Assembly: GCA_030704615.1 (NCBI GenBank)
Contig: CM060734.1
Span: forward strand, 52,266,001 to 52,330,000
Reading direction: 5' to 3'
Length of the DNA stretch: 64,000 bases
From: Takakia lepidozioides
Taxonomy: Eukaryota; Plantae; Bryophyta
Part shown: positions 1 to 11,435 of the stretch, piece after piece
How the letters are laid out: each line of letters begins with the position of its first letter
How positions within the stretch are numbered: position 1 is the first letter of the stretch
Program-made: the position numbers and the translations under genes
The notes under the pieces: model-generated
What the model saw: only the letters and a program-made list of their open reading frames with translations
Databases searched by the model: none
What the model was told of the DNA's origin: nothing

Positions 1-129
1 CCATTTTTAAGAATTGACATTGATGGGTAGATCTTAGATCATATTTTAATTCTTGTGTCATCATGTATATAAATTGTGAATGAGCCAGTATATGTATGGG
101 TACTGACATCTTGAAAGAATATGTCCTAA

Positions 130-426
130 AATGAAATTTAGATTAGGATTTATTTTTTCCAGCCAAATATAATTATACATATATTATTTTCAAAAACAAT
201 TTAATTTAATTAATCAAATAATCAGGACCCAAACCTGAACCCGTGAGACCCGCTAATATTTTCCAGCAACTACATGGACCTTGACCCGACCCCCTATTCA
301 AATATCCGGATCACCCGGATTTTCCCAATTTCAAAAACCTGGATCCGGACCTGGACTTGGATCTAGAAAAAAACCCGAACCCAGACCCTGCAGGTTCTTT
401 AAAAAGGCACTACCCGCACAACACCA
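130..426 (-). mobile_element. Terminus of a hAT-type non-autonomous element, same family as 5479-7067, opposite orientation
   Basis: 130-426 is the reverse complement of about 5479-5740 (shared ACCCGG/GGTCCGGGT subterminal motifs) and ends ...TACCCGCACAACACCA, i.e. the CAGTGTTGTGCGGGT terminus. Confidence 0.7.
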
Positions 427-2076
427 GAAAAAACCTTCTACAAAGTGCCCATTGAGTAGACTGTTGTGCTCTAGTAATGGTTAACTAGTAATGGTTTATT
501 TTCAATTAATTAGGATATTTATATTTGTATTTTATTGGTATTGAGATTTGTTTGGTTCCATGTACCAAGTGAGATAGCAAACCTCACTTCTCGCTTCACT
601 GACACTGGTGTGTGTGCCTTATGGTGTAAAAGGGGGTTTTAATTTTTTCCCCAAGCTACAATCCCCTTGTTCATTATTTATTTATAATTTTTTTTAAAAA
701 AAACTCACTTGGCACGTGAAGTGGGCTTTCCCAACCTGAGGGTTGAGAAAGTTTGTCTTGTTCTAGTTAAGCCTCTCAATTTTTCTTAAAAAGAAAAAGT
801 TTGTCTTCTTCGTCTAGTTAACCCTCTCAAAATTTCTTTTTTCTTCATAATAGTGCTTGGGAATAGTCAAACTCACAATGGGCCAATGGGGTCGTGGTGG
901 ATGGGCGGACGGGCCAAGATTTACCATCTTCATATGGAATCGAGGGAGGGAGTCAAGGATTCTGGGCGAGCAGCTAAAGCTCCAAGTCAGCCCCAAGGAT
1001 CAATTTTGGAGGCATGTGTGCGCACCGAAGTGAGTAACCATGACTTAAGGGGAGTTTACTAAAGTGAGGTGAGGGACAGAGGTCATGGTGCAATCCGAAG
1101 AAGCGAATCCATATGACTCATGGTGAATTTGACGAATAAAGAGAAGACACTAACATGATTAATAGCTTGCTAACCCAAAATGACAAACTCGTCTTCAAAT
1201 CCTCTATATTGGAAGGTTACTTATTTTACTACTTTGCCCTTCTCCATATTGCACCTCCCTCACCTAACATCTTTGTTATTGAACATCTTATGAAAATAAA
1301 TGGATAAATTTTCAAGTTTATTATGGATGAAAGTAGATTCCACTACTCACAAAGAGGAGCCACGCGTAACTAGCAAAATGTGAGCTATGATTCTACGAGA
1401 GATTGGATGGCGGCAACGTTAATGTTTAAAATACATGCTATTCTTCTTCTAGTGGGGAGGTTGAGAGTGTCGCGGGGGATTTAAATTGTGTGGGGATACC
1501 CCTGGCAGTGATGACTACAAGGTATTACCTTCCAGCCTCTTTGTCTTAGGGCTCGTTTTAGCATGACACATTTTTTGCATTTTGTTTGGAGAGCTTGATT
1601 GGGGAATCGGTCATACATATATTCCATGTAGCGGATGGTGTATCTGTTGGTGGGGGTGGAAGGTGGTGAGTGGATTTTTAGTTGGAAACATTGATGGTTG
1701 TTTGTTTTTTTTTTTTTTTTCCTTCGCAAGAAATACCAGCCCCAACAATCCCCTTTCTAAACCATGGAGGCATCCTAATGCACGGCCATGGTTCTATTTC
1801 ATAAATTGCCATGCCCCCATGCATATGGGATAAATATACCCTTCGCTTACAATATACCATCATGTTAGTTTATTCCTGCCATAAGGTAAGATAAATCTAT
1901 GACACATTATCTGGTTATATATTAAACATGGGTATATATCTTTATACCCTTAAGGGTAGGGTAATATTTGGGTATCATATGTGGCCCAGTCCCAGTATGT
2001 ACAAATCCATCTACCCAAATTATCCTGCTGGGTATATAAGGGTAGATCATGTAACACACAAAACACTGGTTTGAAC

Positions 2077-2791
2077 CAGTGTTGGAAGTGTTGGGCGGAT
2101 ATGATAGAGTCATCTTGATATCAACAGCAGGATATCAACCAGTGTTGGGCGCGGTTTTTTTTTTTTTTTCATAACCGGCGGTTCCGGTTGTTTCGAATTT
2201 TAGGAAACTATTAACCGCGGTTGCGGTTATTAAAATTTTTATGGCTAAATATAACCTCAGCGGCTACGGTTACTTGCAAAAACCTCAAATAACCGGCGGT
2301 TTTCATCAAATAACCGCGGGTATTGGGCGGTTTTTTAAGAGGTTTTTTGCTCGGTTATTTGAATGCGTGACCTCCGTCGGTTCCTAACTGGACCGGTTAC
2401 TTCATTTTTTCACCTCCGCCGGTCATATATATATATAACCGGATAGGTAACCGCCGGGTATTAGAGAGAAATTCAAATAACCGCCCAACACTGATATCAA
2501 CCCGGATATCAATGTATGGGACTTGGGAACGGCATTTTTTTGGGTATCCAGGTTAGATGCATAACCGGCGGATATGAAAATACGAAAAAATAAAAAAAAT
2601 AAATAAATCATATACCCAGTGTAATACCCGGCAGATATCCAGCCAATATCCGTCAATACCTGGCGGATCTCCTCCCTAAACTTAATAACTGGATGCATAC
2701 CTGGATCCACTCTTTGTCATGATGGTAAAACCCGGATATCTAAAACCAAAACCGGCGTATATGTCAAAAAGGTATAGATCCGCCAACACTG
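2077..2791. mobile_element. hAT-type MITE (CAGTGTTGG...CCAACACTG termini) hosting a nested MITE
   Basis: CAGTGTTGG at 2077 and CCAACACTG ending at 2791, with GGATAT/ATATCC-rich subterminal motifs. The flanks do not give a clean TSD. Confidence 0.55.
2140..2493. mobile_element. hAT-type MITE with perfect 8-bp TSD
   Basis: TIRs CAGTGTTGGGCG / CGCCCAACACTG; ATATCAAC on both sides (2132-2139, 2494-2501); many AACCG/CGGTT subterminal repeats. Confidence 0.9.
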
Positions 2792-3744
2792 GTTATTTTG
2801 CATAGGCTAGGGAGGTGGGACGTGGGGCCTTGTGCCATGGCGGATGGCGGCTGGGCCTGCTCTCTCTTTTGTAAGGAGTCGGATCGGCCCCACCATTCCA
2901 AGGTAGAAACACCCAAATGTGTGCACTTAAGCAATATGACCCATAGGGCTCGGTGCAGCGAAGAGGAAATAATATGGTTGGATTAGCAATTCAACGAACA
3001 GGGCCTCATGTAAATTTCCAAAATTTTAGAGGCAAGTGGTCAATTGATATGAATTATCAAAGTGGTGGTACATAACTTCCTATGTCTGTGCAGTAGACCC
3101 ACCTAATGCTCACCCAAATTATATCTAATCTAAAACCTACTCATGCCTCATATGCACAACTTGTGCATCTGAAAACATGCCATGTGTAAGCAATTAATAA
3201 CCACCTTTAGACCTGCCAATGGCCTGGCCTGACATCTACAATGGTATCGTAGGCATGCAAACTCAAAGCAACAATGGCATCAAGACTGAACACCTACAAT
3301 ACGAAGTCTGTCCATGATGGTTCCCAAAAGTCATCAAACATGGATGAAATATTAAGCCCCTGTAATTGTATTCTTATCCTTGTTGGAACACAAAGCAATT
3401 CATTCCCCGTCACGTCCATTCTCTCTTCTAACGTGGGTCCCATTCGCAGTATCATGGCCATTCTAGATAAGCTGCCTCTCTAGTCTTCCATTTTGCTTCT
3501 GAGCTCCCACTTAGCATTTCCAGGCAAGCTATATTGGAGACATGTGTAATGTTACTTTCAACTTTTCAAGGTGTTTATTTATGTGAAATCATGCTTGCAG
3601 GTACCAGTTTCCAATGTCCCTAGCTTATGTGCTCGTTTACAACGTGAAACACTATAGCAAACAACTCTCAAACGTAAAAATACTGTATTCTGTACACTGG
3701 ACTTTTGTAGCACACATGCATAGCTGAGGAGATTTGTAGAAAAG

Positions 3745-4055
3745 TGAGAGTGGTCCCCCCTGTTATCACTTGGTGAGTGCAGATGGTAGAGAGCGGTGGG
3801 CCCCTTCTTATATTTGGTGAGTGCAGATGGTACACAGTGAGCAGTTGGCCCCTCCTTACTGACTGCAGATATTAACTTAGTAACGTAAGTTAGACAGTGA
3901 GTCGGGCCCTCTTTACTTACACAAGGTGACTGCAGCTGGTAGCTAACTTAGAAAGTGAGCCCCCTCGAGCTCTTTACATTTGGTGACTGCAGATGGTCGA
4001 AAGTAAGTAGGCTCGGCACCTTGTTATACTTGCTGTGTGATTTCAAATGGTTGCT
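3745..4055 (+). repeat. Degenerate tandem repeat, unit about 45-60 bp, about 6 copies
   Basis: Recurrent GGTGA(G/C)TGCAGATGGT...GGCCCC motif at about 3772, 3816, 3860, 3926, 3982 and 4037. Confidence 0.65.
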
Positions 4056-5478
4056 GGAAGGAATTCGAATTGCGCAGCCTTGCTCATTAAATGAAGCAGC
4101 CGTCGTGGTATTTTGAAACAAAATCCGCCCCAAATCTGCCCTATGCCTGCTCTTTAGGTGATTAATTAAGTGCAAATCGTGATTACAATAATATATTTGA
4201 TTTGTTCAAAACCGTGCAGTTATAAATCCAGTAAGGACATGGATGTGTACACGTTCAGTTGTAAAACCACCTATCTGTAGGTAACTCTGGCCATTGGTAG
4301 ACCTTAAATAAATCACTTGATTCTATCCATCCATTCAAGGACCTATGAAGTCACTTTTATACACAAAAATAGGGGTCCATTCAAGGTCACGCTCATATAA
4401 GTTGTAAGTAAGCCTAGGGAGGTCTGTAGTTCCTAGCTATTTTTAATATCTGCCGCCTGGTCAGGATACTTGCCAAATTAGAGAGGACTATATAGGGCGG
4501 ATATGAATATTAAAATACTTTGAACTTCTAATATCCGTCGCTTATGAAAAATAGGATTTTTCTAAAATTTCCCGGATATAAATAAGTCCAGATATTCATA
4601 TTACAATATTTGGCGGTTATGGATTAATTTGGATATTAAATCCGCATATATCTATAATATTATTAATTTTCACATTTTTAAATAATTTTATATAATATAG
4701 AATATAAAATGAGATGATAAGTTAATCAAATGTGACTTTTATTTTTATATTTTAAAAAAATGGAGGAAGGCCTATATATCATTTTTCTTTCTTTTTTTAA
4801 GAAAATAACGTTCTATGTTAATGAATTAAGTGTTTAATGTATCCGGTTGAGATCTGGTGATTGGCCCAGATATCCGGATGTAATCCGGATATTAGCCCTT
4901 TATCGGACCCACCATTTTAGACTAGCTTAATATGTTGATAATCCCACGCTTGGAAAATTTTAGAAAAAAAATCAATATTGGTCACCACTGGTATCATTGG
5001 AGCATAAAACATAAACACTCGTGCCTAGCGGGTCTCACAAAACACAATGTCCTCTAACACCATTTTGAATCCCAAATGTACGAGTGGCTTACCACCCCCT
5101 CTTGCTCCTTAGCATATTGTGTCTTCATGCTTACGGCTTCCATTGCATTCCACTTTCGTTAGTCCATTTTTGGCAAATACCATTGATCCATTACAATAGT
5201 TTACTCTACCCATCAAGGTTTATGTTTATCAGACTAAGTTATGGTCCAAGTTATGGTCCGTAAAGCTTCCTACCAGAGTGATGAGAGTGATTAGAGGGCC
5301 GGGAGTGACTTGGAGAGGAACCAGCAGTGAATATTGCACGATCACCCAGCGAATGAGTCCCGGCATTTCATACGGCCATGTGTGTGGTCTGCTTGGTCCC
5401 ACCGGGCCGCTGATCCCCTAGCTGATGAGCCTTGCCGCACCCTCATGTGCTGAGTACTTGAGGCTGGTAGATCTACAC

Positions 5479-7067
5479 CAGTGTTGTGCGGGTTAGTTCC
5501 TTTAAAGGAACCTGCCGGGTCTGGGGGTTATTTTTTGGAACCAAGTTGGGGTCTGGATCCGGGTTTTTGAAATTTGAAAAATCCGGGTCCGGGTTCAGGT
5601 AGTTGCTGGAAAATTTTAGTGGGTTCACGGGTTCGGATCCTAATTAATTCATTAAATAACTTATTAAAAAAATTATTAGTGGCTGGAAAAAAACACAAAA
5701 TCTTAATTGTGAATTTTATTTTAAGATATATTCCTTCAAAATGTACCATGAATATGTATGGCTCATTTATTATCTACAAGCATGATGAGGCAAGAATTGA
5801 AATAGAATTTGAGTTCCACTCACAACCACTTTTGAGGTGGTATGTGTCGATGGTATCTACCCATTACCACTAGGCTACAACTTGGTTGTTGAGATGGCCT
5901 ACCTTGAGTGGGTGGGGGCAGGGTTTTTTTTATTTGCGATTTTTTGCCATTTGGCCGCCTGAAAATCCCCTTGGCGAATGCAAATAAAGGGAAAAAGCCG
6001 TCCAAATAAGGCAGTTTTTGCCAAAAACTTGGGGGTCTCAAAAAGTCCTCGCCTGTGGCAGGGGCAGCACAGATGTAGCCATGGCAGGCCCCATGTAGGA
6101 TGATCAGACGAGCCAGATGAGGAGTGGGTTTAGGATTGTGGGGCCGCCTCCGTTTCCCATGGAGATGCTCGTCGTCTGTCTTGCCAGAACTATACACCTC
6201 ATTTGTACCAATTAGCCTATGGTTTTCACATAGAAATAGTTCCATTCATCGATTATGGCTTTCAACCAACTTCGCCTTCTATTGCTCATCAACATCCATT
6301 TGATTCGCAAAATATGGCAAGAGTGGAAATACATGTAGCCTATCAATTCGAGGAAAATTAACTACAGTGGGCCACTTGCACTACCCTACACCCAATATAT
6401 ATAGCCACTCGTACCCCTCTTCAAAATCCTTAAAAAGAAACCTTGTGGGGGCTGGCTGCTGCAGCCCTCCTCCTCCCTCCATACAAATTGCGAAACAAAC
6501 CATCTTAGGTGGACCCCACATGTCCCACCCTAAACAAACAAGCCTAAAATGGCTATGGGATCTCTTGCTTTGACAAGGAGGTGAGAAAGGGCATGACTCA
6601 GCACAACACACCAATCAGAGCCTTGACACGGTGTAAGGTTCTTTGACCACATTTTCTCGATTGATTTGAATATGTTGCAAAGTTGTTCTCTACAAAGAGC
6701 CCACAAAACACCAAATGCGAAGAGAGGAGAGGAGTTGTACTTGATCCAGAGTTGTACTTGATCCAGTGAGGCAGAAGAGGCTGCTCTCAATGTCTCTGCG
6801 CAAGTATAGGTGAGTCTCATTTTAATTTTCTAAGAATTTTATACATGTTTATTAAAATTAAAACCTGGACTCCACCCGCTACACCAGCCTGCGGGCAGTG
6901 GCTACAACGGGGTTTTGGACCTAGTAGGCGGGTCCCATTTAAAAAAATTGAACCTGGATCAAGGTCATGAGTTTCTGGTGATGACACAGGTCCGAGTACG
7001 GATCGGGATAACCCGGACCCTAACCGACCGGGTACCCAGGGTCAAAACCCGGACTTGCAAAACATTG
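5479..7067 (+). mobile_element. Non-autonomous hAT element (1.6 kb) with heterologous interior
   Basis: Imperfect TIRs CAGTGTTGTGCGGGT / ACTTGCAAAACATTG; 8-bp TSD ATCTACAC (5471-5478) vs ATCTAGAC (7068-7075), 1 mismatch; ACCCG/CGGGT subterminal repeats at both ends. Confidence 0.8.
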
Positions 7068-7835
7068 ATCTAGACCTCAAACACCTAAGTGTGTCAAGGC
7101 CATGGTGTTTTTGGTCTAGCTCAAGTATCATAGTAAAACATGAAAACCTCCCCTAGAAATTTTCTTGGTTAAAAATTGTTACCTTCTCAAACAGGAAGTT
7201 TTCATCCTAATAGGAGGTGCACCTTAAATTTGGCCTAAGACACCATGGCCGTAGGGTCATAAAATGGCGAAAGGGGGTAGGTTGGTTTTGGGGAAAGGCA
7301 GCTGATGAGGTCCTTTCGCTATTTAAGAATGCATGAACGACTAGGGTGGTATAGAGAACCTTCATGCAAAGTGATCATAATCATGATTTAAGACTACCTA
7401 GAGATGAGCTAGTTGATGCGTTAAAAAATAGAATCCTTCAACTTAATGGTCAAAGCTCAGTTTGACAACGATCTTTTTTTCTTCTTCTTGAAATTAAGAA
7501 AAGAGGAGGAAGATTAGACCAAAATTCCAAAAATTGAGATAAGCTGCTTTGTATGTGAAATCTAGAGGTAGATTGTCATGGTTTGGCTTCTTATCCAAGT
7601 AAGCCCATGAGGTGATATTTGCTTTCTAATTCCTCTTGTAAGTTATAAGTGCAGACTAACATTACATAGTGCAATGTCTTGTCCAAAAAATTTGGCATTT
7701 TGAAAAGTTTTGAGCCCTAGATGTTGTTTTCAAGATTGCTCACTTGCCCTGCCACATAGGCATGTCAACGCTGGACTTCCAGACCCCTGGCACTCTGAAA
7801 ATTCTAGGGAGCAAAGCATGTATTCTTTCAGGGCG

Positions 7836-9100
7836 TTTTTTTTTTTTTTTTAATGGAAGACAAAACTTGTATAATCAAATTAGGTAATCGAGGAAAAAAT
7901 AACCTTAAGAGGGCCATCAGGCAAAAACAATCGTGGGGAACCTCCCTGATCAATGTTATGGGGAGCAAAGTGACATCAATCATAGTTCATTGATATTGCA
8001 AGACCAACTGCTAAGAACCAGACTAAAAAGAGACAGTCAGGGTCATAAATCTTGGAAATTAATCTGTCATTTATGAACCCAGACAAGAGGATGACAAGCC
8101 AAAGAGAAGAAGGGGGCAGCAATGAGATCTACAAAGCCCCCCCTAGAACGCAATGGCTCGAAATTGAGACGAGCCTTAATTTTAGGCCTATTCTTTCGAT
8201 GTTTCCAATTAATACCCTCTTCGATCTGCAAGGGAGATGGCCAGGAACTAGACTGACCACCATTGGTCGGGGACTGCCGGAGAGAAAGCACATTGTTCAC
8301 CATTTCTTGAGCAGATGAAGTCACCTTATCCCCATGAAGAGTCGAATTGTTGAAGTAGCTTGAACCGTTTTTCCTAAGAACATCTATATAGAATTGCCAA
8401 CAAACATCCCCATGGTTTTCTCCCCTCAACCCATAGATCATAAAAGATCTTCCTAAGCACCCCCTTCACACAAGGATATTATTCATTATCATACCAGTGG
8501 CACATCTCATCTTCCAGATCCAGAGTGCAAGAGAGCGAAGGGAGGACCAGACTTGACACTAATGCCAAATCTTCCCATTCTGCAAATTCAACAAATGAAT
8601 TGAAATGGACATTGAAAGCACAATCTTCCACACAGCATAGAAGGCATAGATCTTAGACCAAATAGCTTCCGCAAACACCAATGGAACAAAGGTTCTAACA
8701 TTTCATCAGCACCAAGCGAGCACAACTTACAGCAAAGAGGGGGATCATAAATTTGTGTACCGAAAGGCAAAATTATGTGAGTCAACTTCCAGAAGAAGCC
8801 AGAGAGCTTAGAGGAGCGGTGCTTCAGCCAAACGTCCTTCCAGCCAGCAGCCCATTCAGAAGCATTAGAAACCAAACCATGTCATTTTCTACTCCATTTA
8901 TGAGGAAGAGGGAGGGAGGGGTTTAGAAGAGAATACCCAAGATTCACAGAGTAGGCAAAAAAAGGGTCTTTTTTGTGACACATCCACCTCCATTCACCAA
9001 GATCAAATGGAAGGACGTCCGAAAAGGGTAGTTCCATGAACCATAGGAGTTCTAACTTTGAAATCCATGCCTCCCGGCAAAAAAAAAAGAGCTTTACGAT
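7836..9100 (-). mobile_element. 5'-truncated, decayed L1-type LINE (3' end)
   Basis: Minus ORF 8588-8875 has a zf-RVT-like motif (KLSGFFWKLTH...CCKLCS...LEPLFHWC). The T-run at 7836-7851 is a poly(A) tail on the minus strand. The 5' boundary is approximate. Confidence 0.7.
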
Positions 9101-10597
9101 ATTGGCCCAAAGATGGACTCAACAACTCCAATACGAAGCAGGGAGGGAAGCTAGGTCATGAGCCCAGCCCCATGAGCCTGGGAGCTGGGCTCACGGTTTA
9201 TCCAACCATGAGCCTAGGGTTTGCAGTGTAGTAGAGCCCTATACCCGAGGACATGACAATGTGGGCCTATTACCGTTAGAAAGACCATTATGAGCAGAAA
9301 TGGAACACTGAAAAATGAGGAGTAGAAAAAACCCTATGCCTAGACCTAAACCTAAAACATAAACCCTAACACTAAGTTAAACCCCCAAACCCTGACACCA
9401 ACCCATAACCCAAGAGCCCTACGACCCCAGGCGTTTAAGAGCACCAGGGAGAGGGAGAGAGAAAGAATGAGAGCTCCTTTGAGTCCACATTTTCTGTTGG
9501 AGCTCCTTTACAGACACCTCAGACAGGAAGTGTAAATTATGGTGTTTCTTGACCCCAAAGACCTACTGCCTTCGCATGAAGGTGGGACACCTTTGTGACA
9601 CCACTCGGTGGAATGAACCCACAACCACTTTTGAGGTGGTATATGCCCATTACCACTGGGCTACAACTTGGTTGTCAGAGAGCTGAACAGTATACAGCTA
9701 AGAGGCTATTGAGAGTATAAACACCAATGGAAGAAGCCTATGCCTATCTTAAGAGGAGAGGATTGTCAGGAGACTACTTGAAGCTGAAAACTATCTATAT
9801 ATGGTAGCTGAGTTTAGAAGCACCCCACATTTGTGGGATTGAGTGGATTGCAATGGCTATTGTCTCTTATGGAGGTGGGACCTATATCTCACCATCTAAA
9901 TGCATTCTAGTTTGTGGTTTAGTTATCTTTCCAACCTATGCTTATTTATGATGAACGCACCGAGGAAGTGACGTATGGTGGTGACAGGTTTTGTCTTCAG
10001 GACGTGGTGATTGTGTGCTGTGAGAGTTTCAGATTGTTGTGAAGTGTGTAAGAACCGTGGGTATTATGTAACCACGTCCGTGTTTCTCATGGAGAGGATT
10101 GATGGGTGTATTTATCAGGTTAGACTCTAGAGTGCATTGTTTGTTTTCGGTATCCTTCGCATCAATATGTGAATTCTATATAGTCAATGATGATGTTTTG
10201 GTAGGTGTCATGGGTTGATATCGGATATCACTGTTGAGCAGGTATTGAATTTTTATTTACCCTCAGGATAAGGATAACCTGAATTTTGAAAAAGATTATC
10301 CGCTGGGTCATGAAGGTATTGTTATATTTCAAATGAAGAGGAAGGTCGGTTCCCATCAATGCACATTCGTAGAACACACCGGCTGAGGGTATAATAGGGT
10401 ACTATCAAAATATAACATGAGGGTAAGGTTATTTAAATGGGTCCAGGTAATTTGGTATGCCCACCGGATAAATACAGGTTTAAGGGTAGGATAAATAAAT
10501 TGCACTAGGGTAGAGAAGCACTCTTCATGGCGCAGGAAAATGGGTAAATATAATAACTTTTTGTGCTTTTAACCTATGAGATCATGCAAGACTTTAA

Positions 10598-11435
10598 CCC
10601 CTAATGGACGAGGCGACCCATTTCGGGTCGCGTCAGGGTCATGTCAAAAATCATCCACAATGGCAAATCATTGGATGACCTTGGATGAAAAAACTTTCTG
10701 AACGAAAGTTGTGCACCTTGATGTCATGCACCTGCCCATCTGTATGGCACCCTAAAATAATGAAAGCCCTGCCGTCAGTAATTTTTTTAGTGTGCAAGGG
10801 TGCCCAAAATTGGTTGTCCAGCAGGTTTGACTTAGTGACGTGGCAGGCTGAAGGGGTGACAACAAGGCAAAAGTACAAATGGAAACAAATGCAAATCTCT
10901 GCCTGAATTTTGTTAGAAATCTGAATTTCTTTTTGGAGGTAGTAGTTCATCATTCAAGGAACACTTTCAATTGTGATTCCAAGGAAATTTCAACCCCCTA
11001 AGCCTGAAATACATGTCATTTGAGCTTCATGGTGTATTTTTGACCCCCCTGTTTTTCCAGACAAAGCAACCTTATCAAGATTTTAGAATTCTGCTTTGAA
11101 ATTTTGGGGCAACGTGCTTTAGGTGCCACATAATTGGAATCTGGATGGGGTCTTGCGAGGAAAAAATATTTTGTCGATCCAATTTCCTGGTCAAACCATT
11201 TTTCCACTCTAAATTTGGAGTGTACCCCAAATTTTGGGCTTGCAAATTTCTTAGAATCTTCCAAACGACACGGTGGAATGAGCTGAAATTTTCACAGAAG
11301 CTGGATGAAGTAGGTAGCCTCCCATTCATACGGTTCATCCCTGTGGATGTTAGTTTCCTGACAGATATACCCTCATCCGTGAGGGTATATCCTGTTTTGG
11401 TGGGGGCCCACCAAAAACTGCCTCGTCCATTAGGG
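10598..11435. mobile_element. piggyBac-like non-autonomous element (TTAA-flanked MITE, 838 bp)
   Basis: TTAA (10594-10597) CCCCTAATGGACGAGGC ... GCCTCGTCCATTAGGG TTAA (11436-11439); subterminal palindrome GCGACCCATTTCGGGTCGC; no transposase ORF. Confidence 0.75.

Noticed and set aside
7262-7325. CTGATGAG inside a hairpin (also at about 5422), possible hammerhead ribozyme
   Set aside because: No stem II followed by GAAA in the required order.
9325-9425. Telomere-like CCCTAA-rich tract
   Set aside because: Too degenerate and aperiodic to call an interstitial telomere.
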